Assembly (NCBI GenBank): GCA_965140585.1
Contig: OZ223267.1
Coordinates: 96,001 to 160,000, forward strand
Length of the DNA stretch: 64,000 nucleotides
Source: Spirochaetia bacterium
GTDB lineage: Bacteria > Spirochaetota > Spirochaetia > UBA9216
Reading direction: 5' to 3'
The notes beneath the pieces are model-generated. The model was not told the origin of the DNA. It searched no databases and saw nothing but the letters and a program-made list of their open reading frames with translations. A program made the position numbers and the translations under genes. Of this stretch, positions 1 through 10,461 are shown piece by piece. The number at the start of each line of letters is the position of its first letter. Position 1 is the stretch's first letter.

Positions 1-274
1 CTTCAAGTCTTTCGGGCTGCAGCGGAATGATTTTTTTAAGAAGTTTTTCCATTTCGGTTCGGCCGGTATTTTCATCGAACGCGAGCAGTGTAGGCGCAGT
101 TCCTCCGGTATATATACATACAACCGCCGAAAGTTCGGACCTAAATCCTTTACCGTACCACTTTGTATATGGTAGAAAGCGTTCATCAAGATCGCCAATC
201 AGATACAGATACAGATATGTATTTTTTTTAAGGAATGATGATATCCTCTCTGTATCATCAGGCAGAACAAGCAT
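1..274 (-). CDS. Partial CDS running off the left edge; probable GNAT-family acetyltransferase
   Basis: Own translation from ATG at 274: MLVLPDDTERISSFLKKNTYLYLYLIGDLDERFLPYTKWYG...LQPERLE, open to the edge and 1 nt from the ABC ATPase stop. The 'Y-x-IGDLD..F.PYT.WYG' start resembles a GNAT subfamily. Not in the ORF track. Confidence 0.55.
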   Translation of the reverse strand, partial: MLVLPDDTERISSFLKKNTYLYLYLIGDLDERFLPYTKWYGKGFRSELSAVVCIYTGGTAPTLLAFDENTGRTEMEKLLKKIIPLQPERLE

Positions 275-275
275 T

Positions 276-1019
276 TTACAAGCGGCCGGCTTCAATTATC
301 CGCTGAAGAAACTGTTTTGTCCGCGGATGTTCCGGATTTGAAAAAAGTTTTGTGGGTTCGGCTTCTTCCACAATCCTGCCTCCGTCAAGAAAGCATACAC
401 GGTCTGCCACATCACGGGCAAAGCCCATTTCATGTGTGACAATCAGCATGGTCATTCCCTTATCTCTCAGTTCCTTTATAACCTTAAGCACATCCCCGAT
501 AAGTTCCGGATCCAGCGCTGCGGTAACTTCATCAAGCAGCAGCAGTTCCGGTTTTGTTGCCATTGCTCTGGCTATTGCCACCCGCTGCTGCTGACCGCCT
601 GAAAGCTGCTCAGGGTATGATGAACCGAAACCAGTGAGGCCGAACATTGTCAGAAGTTCTTTTGCGTAGGATTCACTCTCTTTTTTTGAGATTCCATGAA
701 CCTTGCGCGGAGCCAGGGTTATGTTATCAAGGACGGTCATCGTAGGAAACAGGTTGTACGCCTGAAATACTATTCCAACCCGCTTGTAGAGTTCTACAGC
801 GGGCATAGCTGAATCATGTATTGATATGCCGTCTATTTTTATCGTTCCCTCATCAAATTCAACAAGATCGTTTACACAGCGCAGAAGGGTTGATTTACCT
901 GAGCCCGAGGCTCCGATAAGGCAGACAACTTCATGCTCCTTCACCTTCAGGTTTACGTTATCAAGGACGAGTTTATCACCATAGTATTTTGTAAGATTTT
1001 CTATTTCAATGCGGTACAT
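276..1019 (-). CDS. Polar amino-acid ABC transporter ATP-binding protein (GlnQ-like)
   Basis: Walker A GASGSGKST, Q-loop VFQAYNLF, signature LSGGQQQR, Walker B LLLLDE, ALDPEL, VTHEMGFA. Confidence 0.96.
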   Translation of the reverse strand: MYRIEIENLTKYYGDKLVLDNVNLKVKEHEVVCLIGASGSGKSTLLRCVNDLVEFDEGTIKIDGISIHDSAMPAVELYKRVGIVFQAYNLFPTMTVLDNITLAPRKVHGISKKESESYAKELLTMFGLTGFGSSYPEQLSGGQQQRVAIARAMATKPELLLLDEVTAALDPELIGDVLKVIKELRDKGMTMLIVTHEMGFARDVADRVCFLDGGRIVEEAEPTKLFSNPEHPRTKQFLQRIIEAGRL

Positions 1020-1867
1020 CAGGAAGTCCTCTGCAGCCGACGTTCACGGTCTTTTGCTGTAACCCAGTCGGTAAAACGGGCCATGGGAATTGTTGCAATA
1101 AGAAAAAGCAGTGCTGCTGTGATTAGAGTAGAGTAGTTAAACGTTCTGGCAGTATAGATCTGAGCCTCGCGAACGGCATCCCTGATTCCCAAAACCGAAA
1201 GCAGGGCTACATCCTTTTGAAGTGCTACAGCAAGATTCAGAAGTGAAGGAATTACGTTCCGGACTGCCTGGGGCAGAATTGCATAACGAAGGGTCTGCCA
1301 TTGATTGAGGCCGAGTGCTTTTGCTGCCGCCCTCTGTCCGTCGTGAACCGAATCCATTCCGGACCGGTATACTTCTGCGGCATATGCAGAGTAGCTTGAT
1401 ATCATTGCAAGCGCACCCCAGAATAAACTGCTTTTAGGCAGGCCCGGAATATTAAGCGCTGGCATCCCGAAACCGAACAATAGTACCAGCAGAAGGGACG
1501 GCAGGCCGCGGAGCAGATCGATGTATACAACAGAAAATAATCGAAGCGGTGCAAACCACGGGCCGTGCAGTGAACGCAGAATAGCCAGTACCAGTGCCCA
1601 GACTGCAATTACGACAAGGGCTACTCCCCAAACCGCCATGTTTATACCGAATCCATGCAGAACCTTCGGAAAGACATCAACTATAACATCAAGATTAAAA
1701 AACTGGGCTTTAATTCGGGGCCATTGTTCGGCCCTTATTATGACTGCTCTGAGAATCAGAATCACTCCCAGCACGGTTCCTGTACTGATTATATGCGGTA
1801 AAACTTTATCCCGTGTTCGGAGGGATCGCCCCGTCCGCTGCTGCGGACGAGAGCGTTTTAATCTCAT
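1019..1867 (-). CDS. Amino-acid ABC transporter permease (HisM/GlnP type)
   Basis: TM helices, RGLP motif, EAA loop (AEVYRSG...GQRAAAKALGL). Confidence 0.95.
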   Translation of the reverse strand: MRLKRSRPQQRTGRSLRTRDKVLPHIISTGTVLGVILILRAVIIRAEQWPRIKAQFFNLDVIVDVFPKVLHGFGINMAVWGVALVVIAVWALVLAILRSLHGPWFAPLRLFSVVYIDLLRGLPSLLLVLLFGFGMPALNIPGLPKSSLFWGALAMISSYSAYAAEVYRSGMDSVHDGQRAAAKALGLNQWQTLRYAILPQAVRNVIPSLLNLAVALQKDVALLSVLGIRDAVREAQIYTARTFNYSTLITAALLFLIATIPMARFTDWVTAKDRERRLQRTS

Positions 1868-2727
1868 TCAGAAATCTCCGGTACGTCGTCTCCGCCGTAT
1901 AGATATTCTCTGGCAAGCTTGTCGACGGTTCCGTCGGCAATTATTGCTTCAAGACCTTCATTGATCCAGCCTACAAGCGGATTTCCTTTTTCAAAGATAA
2001 GACCGTGGCCGAGATCCTTGGGATCGTGGGGAAGAATTGCTGCTACTGCAGCTTCCGGAACCTGAACAGCTGTTACAAAGAGAGCTGTAGGAAGTTCTAT
2101 ACAGGTTGCATCAATCTGTCCGCCAAGCAGTGCCTGGAATGTTCCAATCTGATCATTGAATACAGCAACATCATCAACACCAATGATGTTTTCGATGTAG
2201 TCGAGATCTGCTGTTCCGATTGTTGCACCCCATTTCAGCCCCTGAAGGTCAGCAAAGCTTTTTGCTTTAGCTGCACCGCTTCCGGGAAGGGCCACAACAG
2301 CCTTTTCCGGCTGGTAGTAAACGATTGAAAAATCAACAAATTCTTTTCGATCTTCAGTAACAGTATACTGCTGAAGATTGAAATCGTAGGGTTTTGAACC
2401 GGGGGCAATTCCCTGGTCAAAAGTCTGTCTTACCCATACAACATCTTCACGTGCAAAACCGAGTTTCTCTGCAAGGGCATAGACCATCCCGTTTTCAAAA
2501 CCGATACCGGATTGTGGATCATCATCCATCATCCATGGCGGATAAGCGGGTTCTCCGGTAGCTACGGTGAGCTTTCCCGGGGTGTAAAGTCTCGGATCAT
2601 TGGGAGTCTTTTCCAATGAAGCTGTATTTTCAGCGGCAGCTGCAGGTTCTTCTTTTGTTCCGCCTGCGAAAACCGGCAGTGCAAACAGGCTGACTGCAAG
2701 CAGAATAAGAATAATGCGTCGAGTCAT
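1864..2727 (-). CDS. Amino-acid ABC transporter substrate-binding protein (SBP family 3)
   Basis: Spirochaete-type signal (VFAGG..E), GKLTVAT..AYPPW, VDFS..YY; SD AGGAGG upstream. Confidence 0.93.
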   Translation of the reverse strand: MTRRIILILLAVSLFALPVFAGGTKEEPAAAAENTASLEKTPNDPRLYTPGKLTVATGEPAYPPWMMDDDPQSGIGFENGMVYALAEKLGFAREDVVWVRQTFDQGIAPGSKPYDFNLQQYTVTEDRKEFVDFSIVYYQPEKAVVALPGSGAAKAKSFADLQGLKWGATIGTADLDYIENIIGVDDVAVFNDQIGTFQALLGGQIDATCIELPTALFVTAVQVPEAAVAAILPHDPKDLGHGLIFEKGNPLVGWINEGLEAIIADGTVDKLAREYLYGGDDVPEISE

Positions 2728-2776
2728 GTGTACCTCCTGACTTTTTTACAGTTTGAATAAACTGTTTGTTAGAAAC

Positions 2777-2805
2777 AGATTAGGAGTAAAAAGGGGCTGT
2801 GTCAA
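2777..2805 (-). promoter_or_regulatory. Sigma70-type promoter of the ABC operon
   Basis: Minus strand TTGACA (2805-2800)-17 nt-TAATCT (2782-2777). An inverted repeat ACAGTTT-GAAT-AAACTGT lies just downstream at 2748-2765. Confidence 0.55.
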
Positions 2806-2868
2806 TGCGATGTGCATTACTTTCAATTATTCTTTGATTTTAAGTTTGCTCATCTCTGAGTGTGAAAT

Positions 2869-4388
2869 ATGAAAAGAAAAAGTTTAAAGAAATTAATTTT
2901 TGGTTTAATGCTTCTATGCACTTTTAACTTGACGCTTACCGCAGAATCCACTGAACTGCCTTCCGGTATTGAAGAATCGAAGATAGCAGACATAGTGGAT
3001 GGCTATGTTGCCGAACATAGGAATACTACCGCCGCTGTATCAGCTGCTGTTTTCAGGGGGTATACAGTTCTTTTTGAAAAGCATTACGGACTGATCAATA
3101 TAGAAAGCGGGCTGCAGGCTGATGAAAATACAGTTTATGAATGGGGCTCTGTTTCCAAACTTCTTGTCTGGATAAGCGTAATGCAGCTTTGGGAACAGGG
3201 TGGAATTGAGCTTGATACCGATATCAATAATTATCTTCCCGAAGGTTTTCTGAAAAAACTGAAATATACCAGCCCGATTACAATGACTAATCTAATGAAT
3301 CACAATGCCGGATGGCAAGACGTTCTGTTTCTTGCTGTAGACAATCCTTCTGAACTTGCTCCGCTTGGTGAAACTTTAAGCCGTATGGAACCTGAGCATA
3401 TTTATGAGCCCGGTAAAGTCTGCGCATATTCCAACTGGGGAACTTCTCTTGCAGCTTATATTGTAGAGCAGGTTTCAGGGATGGCGTATTATGATTACGT
3501 CCAGCAGTCGGGAAGCGTCGCAGTGATGAAGTCGGTTACACTACTGGTCTGGAACCTGTGCCGGACAGTATTCTCAATCTGAATCTGTATCCGGCGGGGG
3601 CGGCTGTAGGCACTCCCGATGATTTTCTTCGCTTCGCCCAGTCCCTGGTTCCAGGAACAGGCATTGTGATCATGACAAATCAGTATAATGAGTTTGTTTT
3701 TAATCAGGGTCTTCCTGAGCAGGTCTTTGGTAAGATTAATATTCTTCAGAATAAAGCTGATGACAGTTCCAGGGCCGTAGGGCTCTATTATCCCTCCAGA
3801 ACTATTAAGCAAGGCCCTGCCGGGATCTATAATGTCTTAAATCTCAGGATGCTTCGAAATATTGATGCCGGTGATATTGTAATCACACGCGAAGCCAGAT
3901 TCTCTGAGCAGGGTGGGGTGAAAAGGATTTCCTCCGCGTACGGGGAAATTCTTGAGGCTGATGCTTATGTATGTCTTGGTATCACAGCAGTTCTGCTGTA
4001 TATCGTTGCCGTAGTATGGAGCGTGATCAACCTTCTATACAGAATAATTAAGCTTATAATAGAGAAAATCAGGCGATCCGGGAATCAGATTTCTATTTTG
4101 ATGAAGCTTCATTACATAGAGTGCGGGTATATTCTTATTTCAGTTGCAGGATTTCAGATTATTGTGGCGATTTTCATGTCCTGGAAGGCTTCCCCGGCTA
4201 AATTATTTCCGGTATCCATTTTAAATATTGTTCTTGCTGCTCTGCCGCTTGTATATGCTGTTTTACTATTCGTTAAAAGAAAAACCGATGCCGCAGGAAA
4301 GAAGCATATTCGTCCTGTTGTAACTACAGTAATGGGCTTATTTTTGAGTATCGCAATTTTTGTTTTTCAGCTCTACAGGTGGTGGTGA
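2869..4388 (+). pseudogene. Serine hydrolase (beta-lactamase class C / PBP-like) with C-terminal TM helices; frameshifted and apparently internally deleted
   Basis: The first ORF has SxxK (GSVSK), LMNHNAG and YSN. Near 3500 the family-like reading continues in the next frame (...VGKRRSDEVGYTTGLEPVPDSILNLNLYPAG). The HGG/KTG-bearing segment expected between 'AQSLVP' and 'GIVIMTN' is absent. Confidence 0.75.
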
Positions 4389-4528
4389 GAAAAAAGTATT
4401 TGAAATTAAATAAATATGATATCTTATTATATATTAAATAAAATTTAAAAAGGGCTTTTAAAAAAAGATTATAACACATGGTATTGCATCTTCAATGATA
4501 TTATTTATTAGCTGCCCGAAGGGTTTAA

Positions 4529-6904
4529 ATGAACAATACAAGAATTAAAATCTTCTCAATTATAACGATGCTTGCAGTTTTTTTGTTGCTGCTGTCAGGA
4601 TGTCCGATTATTCCTCAGGCAGATCTTACTTATTCCGTAAATTATTATGCTCCGGATGCCGATTCCGGCAGCCCTCCATATGATGAGAATGAGTATCTTG
4701 AGGGTGATAGTGTTCTGGTCTACGGGAATACTGAGGGTCTTGTCCGATCTGCTTATACGTTTACCGGATGGAATACCTTCCATGACGGAAGCGGAACAGG
4801 ATACTCGTCTGGTGACACTTTCATCATGGGAATCTCTGACGTTTCACTTTATGCTCAATGGGAAGATGCTTCCATGTATACACTAACCTACATGGCGACT
4901 GATGCGGATTCCGGGGACATTCCGACAAATCCAAAGAGTTACTATGAAAGAACCTCTGTATATGTGCTTGGAAATATCAAATCTTTGGCTCGTATCGGAT
5001 ACACTTTCATATGCTGGAACACCGAGGCAGACGGAAGTGGCATGTCATATACGGGAGACGACATTTTAATTATTGGCAATTCTGATATTTATTTATACCC
5101 TCAATGGTCGGCAGATCCGACTTATACGGTTTCCTATTATGCGGATGATGCCCAATCCGGTTCAGCCCCGACCGATTCAAACAACTACCTTGAAGGTTCA
5201 ACTGTTACAGTGCTTGGAAACACCGGCGGAATGAACCGTACCGGCTATACTTTTATCGGCTGGAATACCGTGTCGGGCGGCGGCGGGACAGCCTATGCGG
5301 CAGGTGATATTTTTGAGATTGGCAGCAGCAATGTCAGTTTGTACGCACAATGGACAACTGCTCCAACTTTCACAGTGACCTATTATGCAACTAATGCCGA
5401 ATCAGGTACAGCTCCTGTAGATTCAAATAATTATCTTGAGGGTGCAACTGTAACTGTTTCTGGGAACACTGGCACAATGATCCGTTCAGGCTATACTTTT
5501 ACCGGCTGGAATACCGCAGCCGGAGGCGGAGGAGCCTCGTATGAGGCTGGTGACCAGTTCACAATAGGCAGCAGCAATGTGAGTCTGTACGCCCAGTGGA
5601 CAGTCACGCCGACCTATACTGTGACATACTATGCAGTAAACGCCGAATCCGGAACAGCTCCTGTAGATTCAAATAATTATCTTAAAGGGGCAACTGTTAC
5701 TATTCCTGGAAACACCGGCGGAATGACCCGAACAGGCTACAGCTTTGCCGGCTGGAATACGGTTTCCGGAGGCAGCGGAACAGCCTATGATGCAGGTGAC
5801 GAGTTCATAATAGGCAGCAGCAATGTGAGCCTGTATGCTCAGTGGACATCCGACCCGACCTACACAGTAACATATTATGCAACAAACGCTGAATCTGGCT
5901 CAGCCCCGACCGATTCAAATAATTACCTTGAAGGGGCAACAGTTACTGTTTCTGGAAACACCGGTGGGATGACCCGTACAGGTTACAGCTTTGCCGGCTG
6001 GAATACAGCTTCCGGAGGCAGCGGAACCGCCTATGATGCTGGTGATGAGTTCACAATAGGCAGCAGCAATGTGAGCTTGTACGCCCAGTGGACAGCCGAC
6101 CCAACCTACACAGTAACATATTATGCAACAAACGCTGAATCCGGCTCAGCTCCGACCGATTCAAATAATTACCTTGAAGGCTCAACGGTTACTGTTCCTG
6201 GAAACACCGGCGGAATGACCCGTACAGGTTACAGCTTTGCCGGCTGGAATACGGCATCCGGAGGCGGCGGAACTGCATATGATGCAGGTGATGAGTTCAC
6301 AATAAGCAGCAATGTGAGCCTGTATGCACAGTGGACAGCTGATCCGACCTACACAGTAACATATTATGCAACTAACGCTGAATCCGGCTCAGCCCCGACC
6401 GATTCAAATAATTACCTTGAAGGCTCAACAGTTACTGTTTCTGGAAACACCGACGGAATGACCCGTACAGGTTACAGCTTTGCCGGCTGGAATACAGCTT
6501 CCGGAGGCAGCGGAACCGCCTATGATGCAGGTGATGAGTTTACAATAGGCAACAGCAATGTGAGCTTGTACGCCCAGTGGACACTTGATACAGGTACAGG
6601 TGCGATTACAATTAATAATCCGGTATCTCCTGTATTCAGTATGTCACCGGACTCTTTTGTATTGAAAACAAGCGGTACGGCAACTCAGCAGACGATTTCT
6701 GTTACCGGCGGTACAGGTGTTACAATATCAGCGTATTACTGGTTTGTTAACGGAACACTGAGGGGCTCTGCGTCCTCACTGCCTCTTGATACGCAGACAA
6801 ATCCACACTGGTTTGAATTAGGAATGAATACATTGACTCTGGTTGTTGAAATAAACAGCAGCCCGTATTCTGAAAATTTTATCTTTACAGTGGAGCAGGA
6901 ATAA
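4529..6904 (+). CDS. Surface lipoprotein with 8 InlB B-repeat (Listeria-Bacteroides / Flg_new) domains and a C-terminal Ig-like domain
   Basis: Lipobox LLLSGC; repeated ~82-aa unit YTVTYYA...NNYLEG.TVTV.GN...RTGY.F.GWNT..GGSGTAY.AGD.F.I....VSLYAQW. Confidence 0.9.
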   Translation: MNNTRIKIFSIITMLAVFLLLLSGCPIIPQADLTYSVNYYAPDADSGSPPYDENEYLEGDSVLVYGNTEGLVRSAYTFTGWNTFHDGSGTGYSSGDTFIMGISDVSLYAQWEDASMYTLTYMATDADSGDIPTNPKSYYERTSVYVLGNIKSLARIGYTFICWNTEADGSGMSYTGDDILIIGNSDIYLYPQWSADPTYTVSYYADDAQSGSAPTDSNNYLEGSTVTVLGNTGGMNRTGYTFIGWNTVSGGGGTAYAAGDIFEIGSSNVSLYAQWTTAPTFTVTYYATNAESGTAPVDSNNYLEGATVTVSGNTGTMIRSGYTFTGWNTAAGGGGASYEAGDQFTIGSSNVSLYAQWTVTPTYTVTYYAVNAESGTAPVDSNNYLKGATVTIPGNTGGMTRTGYSFAGWNTVSGGSGTAYDAGDEFIIGSSNVSLYAQWTSDPTYTVTYYATNAESGSAPTDSNNYLEGATVTVSGNTGGMTRTGYSFAGWNTASGGSGTAYDAGDEFTIGSSNVSLYAQWTADPTYTVTYYATNAESGSAPTDSNNYLEGSTVTVPGNTGGMTRTGYSFAGWNTASGGGGTAYDAGDEFTISSNVSLYAQWTADPTYTVTYYATNAESGSAPTDSNNYLEGSTVTVSGNTDGMTRTGYSFAGWNTASGGSGTAYDAGDEFTIGNSNVSLYAQWTLDTGTGAITINNPVSPVFSMSPDSFVLKTSGTATQQTISVTGGTGVTISAYYWFVNGTLRGSASSLPLDTQTNPHWFELGMNTLTLVVEINSSPYSENFIFTVEQE
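4630..6581 (+). repeat. Intragenic tandem repeat, ~246-bp unit, 8 copies
   Basis: 'acctacacagtaacatattatgcaac' recurs at 5858, 6104 and 6347 (spacing 246, 243). The 3' units are nearly identical; the 5' units are diverged. Confidence 0.92.
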
Positions 6905-9286
6905 ATGAAAAATCTAAAAATTATCATATCAAATCCGGTAATATCAGCATTCTTTCTTTTCTTCATTTACAGCTGCAGCAATCCCTTACTGGATACGGAA
7001 GAATTATTAAAAACCAGTGAACTGACAGGAACTCTGGCAATAAATACGATTGAGACAACTGAATCAAGAACCATAGCTCCCTCAGATGATCTTAAGGCTC
7101 TGGTTGATTCCTATAGAATAGAGTTCAGTAATCATTCAGGAGGGGAGGCTGATTTTATTATTGACCCATACACTTACGGCAGTGATGTAAATGAAATTCC
7201 TGTAGGAACCTGGGATATCATTCTGTATGGTGAAAACGGGAGCGGGGAGGATATCTGTCAGGGGGAACCTGACTCAGGGAATCCCGTTGAGATAACCACC
7301 TCGTTGACCACTGTGACCATAACATTATCCCAGTTAAGTGGATCCGGAACAGGAACTCTTGATTACGAAATACAGTTTCCGGCTGATGATGTGGATGGTG
7401 TCAGTATTTCAGTTGATCCGTGGCCTATAGGCGGAGGTGATGATTATTTTCTGACTGAAGGTACAGATTATAACAGTGATTTTGCTTCAACAGGATTCTT
7501 AATCATAGATACAGAATTATCCAGCGGGTGGTACTATCTATCGGTCATATTCACCAAGGACCCGGCAGCGCCTGAAACTACAGTTGAATATCCGCCTATT
7601 TCCGAAATCGCAAAGATTTACGATAATCTTACAAGCAGCTCATCATTGATAATTACAAGAGAAGAGCTTACACAGCCGCCGGATGCCCCGAGTGATTTTG
7701 TTGTTGATATTGATCCGGGGAATGTTTTTACCTTATATTGGACAGATTCATCAACTACAGAAACAGGATTCAGAATATACGAAGACAGTATCGACGGCAG
7801 TCCCGAAGGCGAATTTTCATCCGGAATAACTTCAGCAGCATCAGCAGATATTGGATATTCAGGAAGTGAAGGGGATTCTATAACATATTATCTGGTGGCT
7901 TATAACAGTTTTGGTGAATCTGAAGGGGCTGAAGTGTCATTTAAAACATCAGCGTTCATCTCTTCCTGGAAAACCGATAATTCAGGAAGTAGTGATTCTG
8001 ATCAGTTGAAATTACCGCTTGTCTCAAGTGGGAGCTATAATTTCAGTGTTTACTGGGGTGATGGCACATCAGACAATATTACCGGATACAATGATGCTGC
8101 TGTGATTCATACATATGCATCGGAAGGAGAATATGAAATTAATATTTATGGAAAAATTAACGGGTGGTCTTTTTATCCTGAATACGGTATCTATGGTGAT
8201 CATTTGAAGCTCTTAGAAATACAGCAATGGGGCCCTCTGTCCTTTGGAGATACAGACCAGCAATTTCGTAATGCTCAGAATTTACAGATCACTGCAACCG
8301 ATATTCCTGATTTGAGTAATACTGCAAGTCTTGATAATGCATTTTCCTTTAATACCAGTCTGACTGTTATTGAGAATATGGAACTCTGGGACACCTCTAC
8401 TATTACTGATATGTCAGCTATGTTTTTAGGGGCGTCATCATTTAATCAGGATATCAGTTCATGGGATACGTCAAATGTTACTGATATGAGCTGGATGTTC
8501 GATTCAGCTGAAAAATTTAATCAATATATCGGGGGATGGAATACCTCAATGGTTGAAAGCATGGCATGTATGTTTGATTCTGCTTCAGATTTCGATCAGG
8601 ATATCGGTTCATGGGATACCTCCGCTGTAAAATCAATGAAGTACATGTTCAGGGATGCTGCCGTTTTTGATCAGGATATAGGCGCGTGGGACACTTCAAA
8701 TGTTACTGATATGAGCTGGATGTTCGATTCAGCTGAAAAATTTAATCAGAATATTGGAAACTGGGACACAGGTAATGTGATATACATGCAATATATGTTT
8801 TTTAATGCATATCTGTTCAATCAAAATATAGGTGCCTGGGAAACATCAAGCACAATAAATATGTCCTGGATGTTCTATAAGGCCTACTTATTCAATCAGG
8901 ATATAAGTACCTGGGATACATCGGCTGTTACTGATATGAGCCATATGTTTAGAGAGGCAACCAATTTCAATCAAGCAATAGGATCCTGGGATACTTCCAG
9001 CGCTATAAATATGAGTTATATGTTTTATGGCGCGAGTTCATTTGACAGAGCTGTTGGAAGCTGGGATGTGATTAGTGTTACTAATATTGAATCGATGTTT
9101 AAAAATATTACTCTCTCAACAGCAAACTACAACGCCCTTCTGTCCGGATGGTCAGCTCAATCGGTACACAGCGGTTTGACATTCAATGGCGGAAACTCCA
9201 AGTACAGTGCAGATTACGCAGATGAGCGGACAATATTGACTGATACCTACGGCTGGACAATTACCGATGGAGGACAGGTGCCTTAG
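6905..9286 (+). CDS. Surface lipoprotein with FN3/PKD-like domains and BspA-like DUF285 repeats
   Basis: Lipobox FIYSC; FN3-like PDAPSDF...W.DSS..ETGFRIY...YYLVAYN; PKD-like YWGDG...HTYA; about ten 25-aa repeats [13 protein letters not shown]..AxxFNQxIG; ends W-TITDGG. Confidence 0.9.
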   Translation: MKNLKIIISNPVISAFFLFFIYSCSNPLLDTEELLKTSELTGTLAINTIETTESRTIAPSDDLKALVDSYRIEFSNHSGGEADFIIDPYTYGSDVNEIPVGTWDIILYGENGSGEDICQGEPDSGNPVEITTSLTTVTITLSQLSGSGTGTLDYEIQFPADDVDGVSISVDPWPIGGGDDYFLTEGTDYNSDFASTGFLIIDTELSSGWYYLSVIFTKDPAAPETTVEYPPISEIAKIYDNLTSSSSLIITREELTQPPDAPSDFVVDIDPGNVFTLYWTDSSTTETGFRIYEDSIDGSPEGEFSSGITSAASADIGYSGSEGDSITYYLVAYNSFGESEGAEVSFKTSAFISSWKTDNSGSSDSDQLKLPLVSSGSYNFSVYWGDGTSDNITGYNDAAVIHTYASEGEYEINIYGKINGWSFYPEYGIYGDHLKLLEIQQWGPLSFGDTDQQFRNAQNLQITATDIPDLSNTASLDNAFSFNTSLTVIENMELWDTSTITDMSAMFLGASSFNQDISSWDTSNVTDMSWMFDSAEKFNQYIGGWNTSMVESMACMFDSASDFDQDIGSWDTSAVKSMKYMFRDAAVFDQDIGAWDTSNVTDMSWMFDSAEKFNQNIGNWDTGNVIYMQYMFFNAYLFNQNIGAWETSSTINMSWMFYKAYLFNQDISTWDTSAVTDMSHMFREATNFNQAIGSWDTSSAINMSYMFYGASSFDRAVGSWDVISVTNIESMFKNITLSTANYNALLSGWSAQSVHSGLTFNGGNSKYSADYADERTILTDTYGWTITDGGQVP
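8385..9100 (+). repeat. DUF285 75-bp coding repeats
   Basis: 25-aa periodicity; an identical 53-bp segment at 8471-8523 and 8696-8748 (3 units apart). Confidence 0.85.
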
Positions 9287-9350
9287 AAAATCAAAAGATA
9301 CAGCGCTATATTCTACCCGATGTATTAAATAAATATCAGGATAATAAAAA

Positions 9351-10433
9351 ATGAAAATGAAAGTATACCTGCTTCTTCACTTGATCCTGGCCTCCGTTTA
9401 TTCCTGTACCCAGCCCTATCTGGTGGATTCCTCCGAAGGTCCGGCAGCCGGTAACCCCGACGGTACCTATGCTGTTCCTGCCGAAGCTGCCGCAGAGGAT
9501 ACCTCTCTTCCCGACCATGTTATCGGGAACGGGACTCCGGAAAGCTGCACAGCCGAAGATTTTCTTGCTGCCGTGGCGGAAGGCGGCATTATAACTTTTA
9601 ACACAGGGGGAGATCCTGTCACAATAACCATTGAAACTCAGGCAGTTGTGTACAATAACGCCATGCCGGATGTGGTTATAGACGGAGGAGGGCTGGTGAC
9701 TCTCAGCGGGGGAGGAAAAACCCGAATCCTCTATATGAACACATGCGACCCCGAGCTGGTCTGGACAACCTCTCACTGCGATAATCAGGACCACCCAAGG
9801 CTTACCGTCCAGAACATCACCTTTGCAAACGGGAACTCCACCAGCGATGATGAGTATACAGGGGGCGGGGCAATCTGGGTGAGGGGAGGCCGCTTTAAGG
9901 CTGTGAACTGCAGGTTCTTCAACAATCTTGCGGCCGATACCGGGCCTGATACCGGCGGCGGTGCGATAAGGGCATTCAGTCAGTACAACAATGAACCTGT
10001 CTATATTGTAAACTGTACCTTCGGCGGTAAAGAAGGATTCGGTAACAGCGCGTCAAACGGCGGCGCCATCTCAAGCATTGGAGTCTCCTGGACACTTATA
10101 AACTCTGTCTTCTTATGGAACTCAGCTTTGGGCAACGGGGGCAACCCGGCGGAGAGCGGAACACAGGGCGGAGGAAGCGGCGGTGCAGTTTACAATGACG
10201 GCAACATGATGACACTGACTGTCGGCGGTTCCATAATCACTGAGAATACTGTATATGCTTACGGAAGTGCCGTATTCTTTGTTTCAAATGATCATTCAGG
10301 AAACATTGTGGTAGATTCAAGTACGATTACCGGTAACCATGGAGGCTCATGGTATCCGGCCTATGAGGGAATCTCGATGCACAGTGATACCCCAATATCT
10401 GTTACAGCCTCAGTTATAGAAAATAATATCTGA
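9351..10433 (+). CDS. Lipoprotein with a right-handed beta-helix (pectin-lyase-like) fold
   Basis: Lipobox VYSC; repeated GGAI / F.NN motifs (GGGAIWV, GGGAIRA, NGGAISS, GGAVYND). Confidence 0.75.
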   Translation: MKMKVYLLLHLILASVYSCTQPYLVDSSEGPAAGNPDGTYAVPAEAAAEDTSLPDHVIGNGTPESCTAEDFLAAVAEGGIITFNTGGDPVTITIETQAVVYNNAMPDVVIDGGGLVTLSGGGKTRILYMNTCDPELVWTTSHCDNQDHPRLTVQNITFANGNSTSDDEYTGGGAIWVRGGRFKAVNCRFFNNLAADTGPDTGGGAIRAFSQYNNEPVYIVNCTFGGKEGFGNSASNGGAISSIGVSWTLINSVFLWNSALGNGGNPAESGTQGGGSGGAVYNDGNMMTLTVGGSIITENTVYAYGSAVFFVSNDHSGNIVVDSSTITGNHGGSWYPAYEGISMHSDTPISVTASVIENNI

Positions 10434-10461
10434 TTACAAAAAGATTATTTACGGAGAAAAT

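Noticed and set aside
4630-9100. Repeat arrays as a CRISPR array or DGR template/variable repeats
   Set aside because: The repeats are in-frame protein domains without unique spacers. There is no cas or reverse transcriptase gene, and differences are not adenine-specific.
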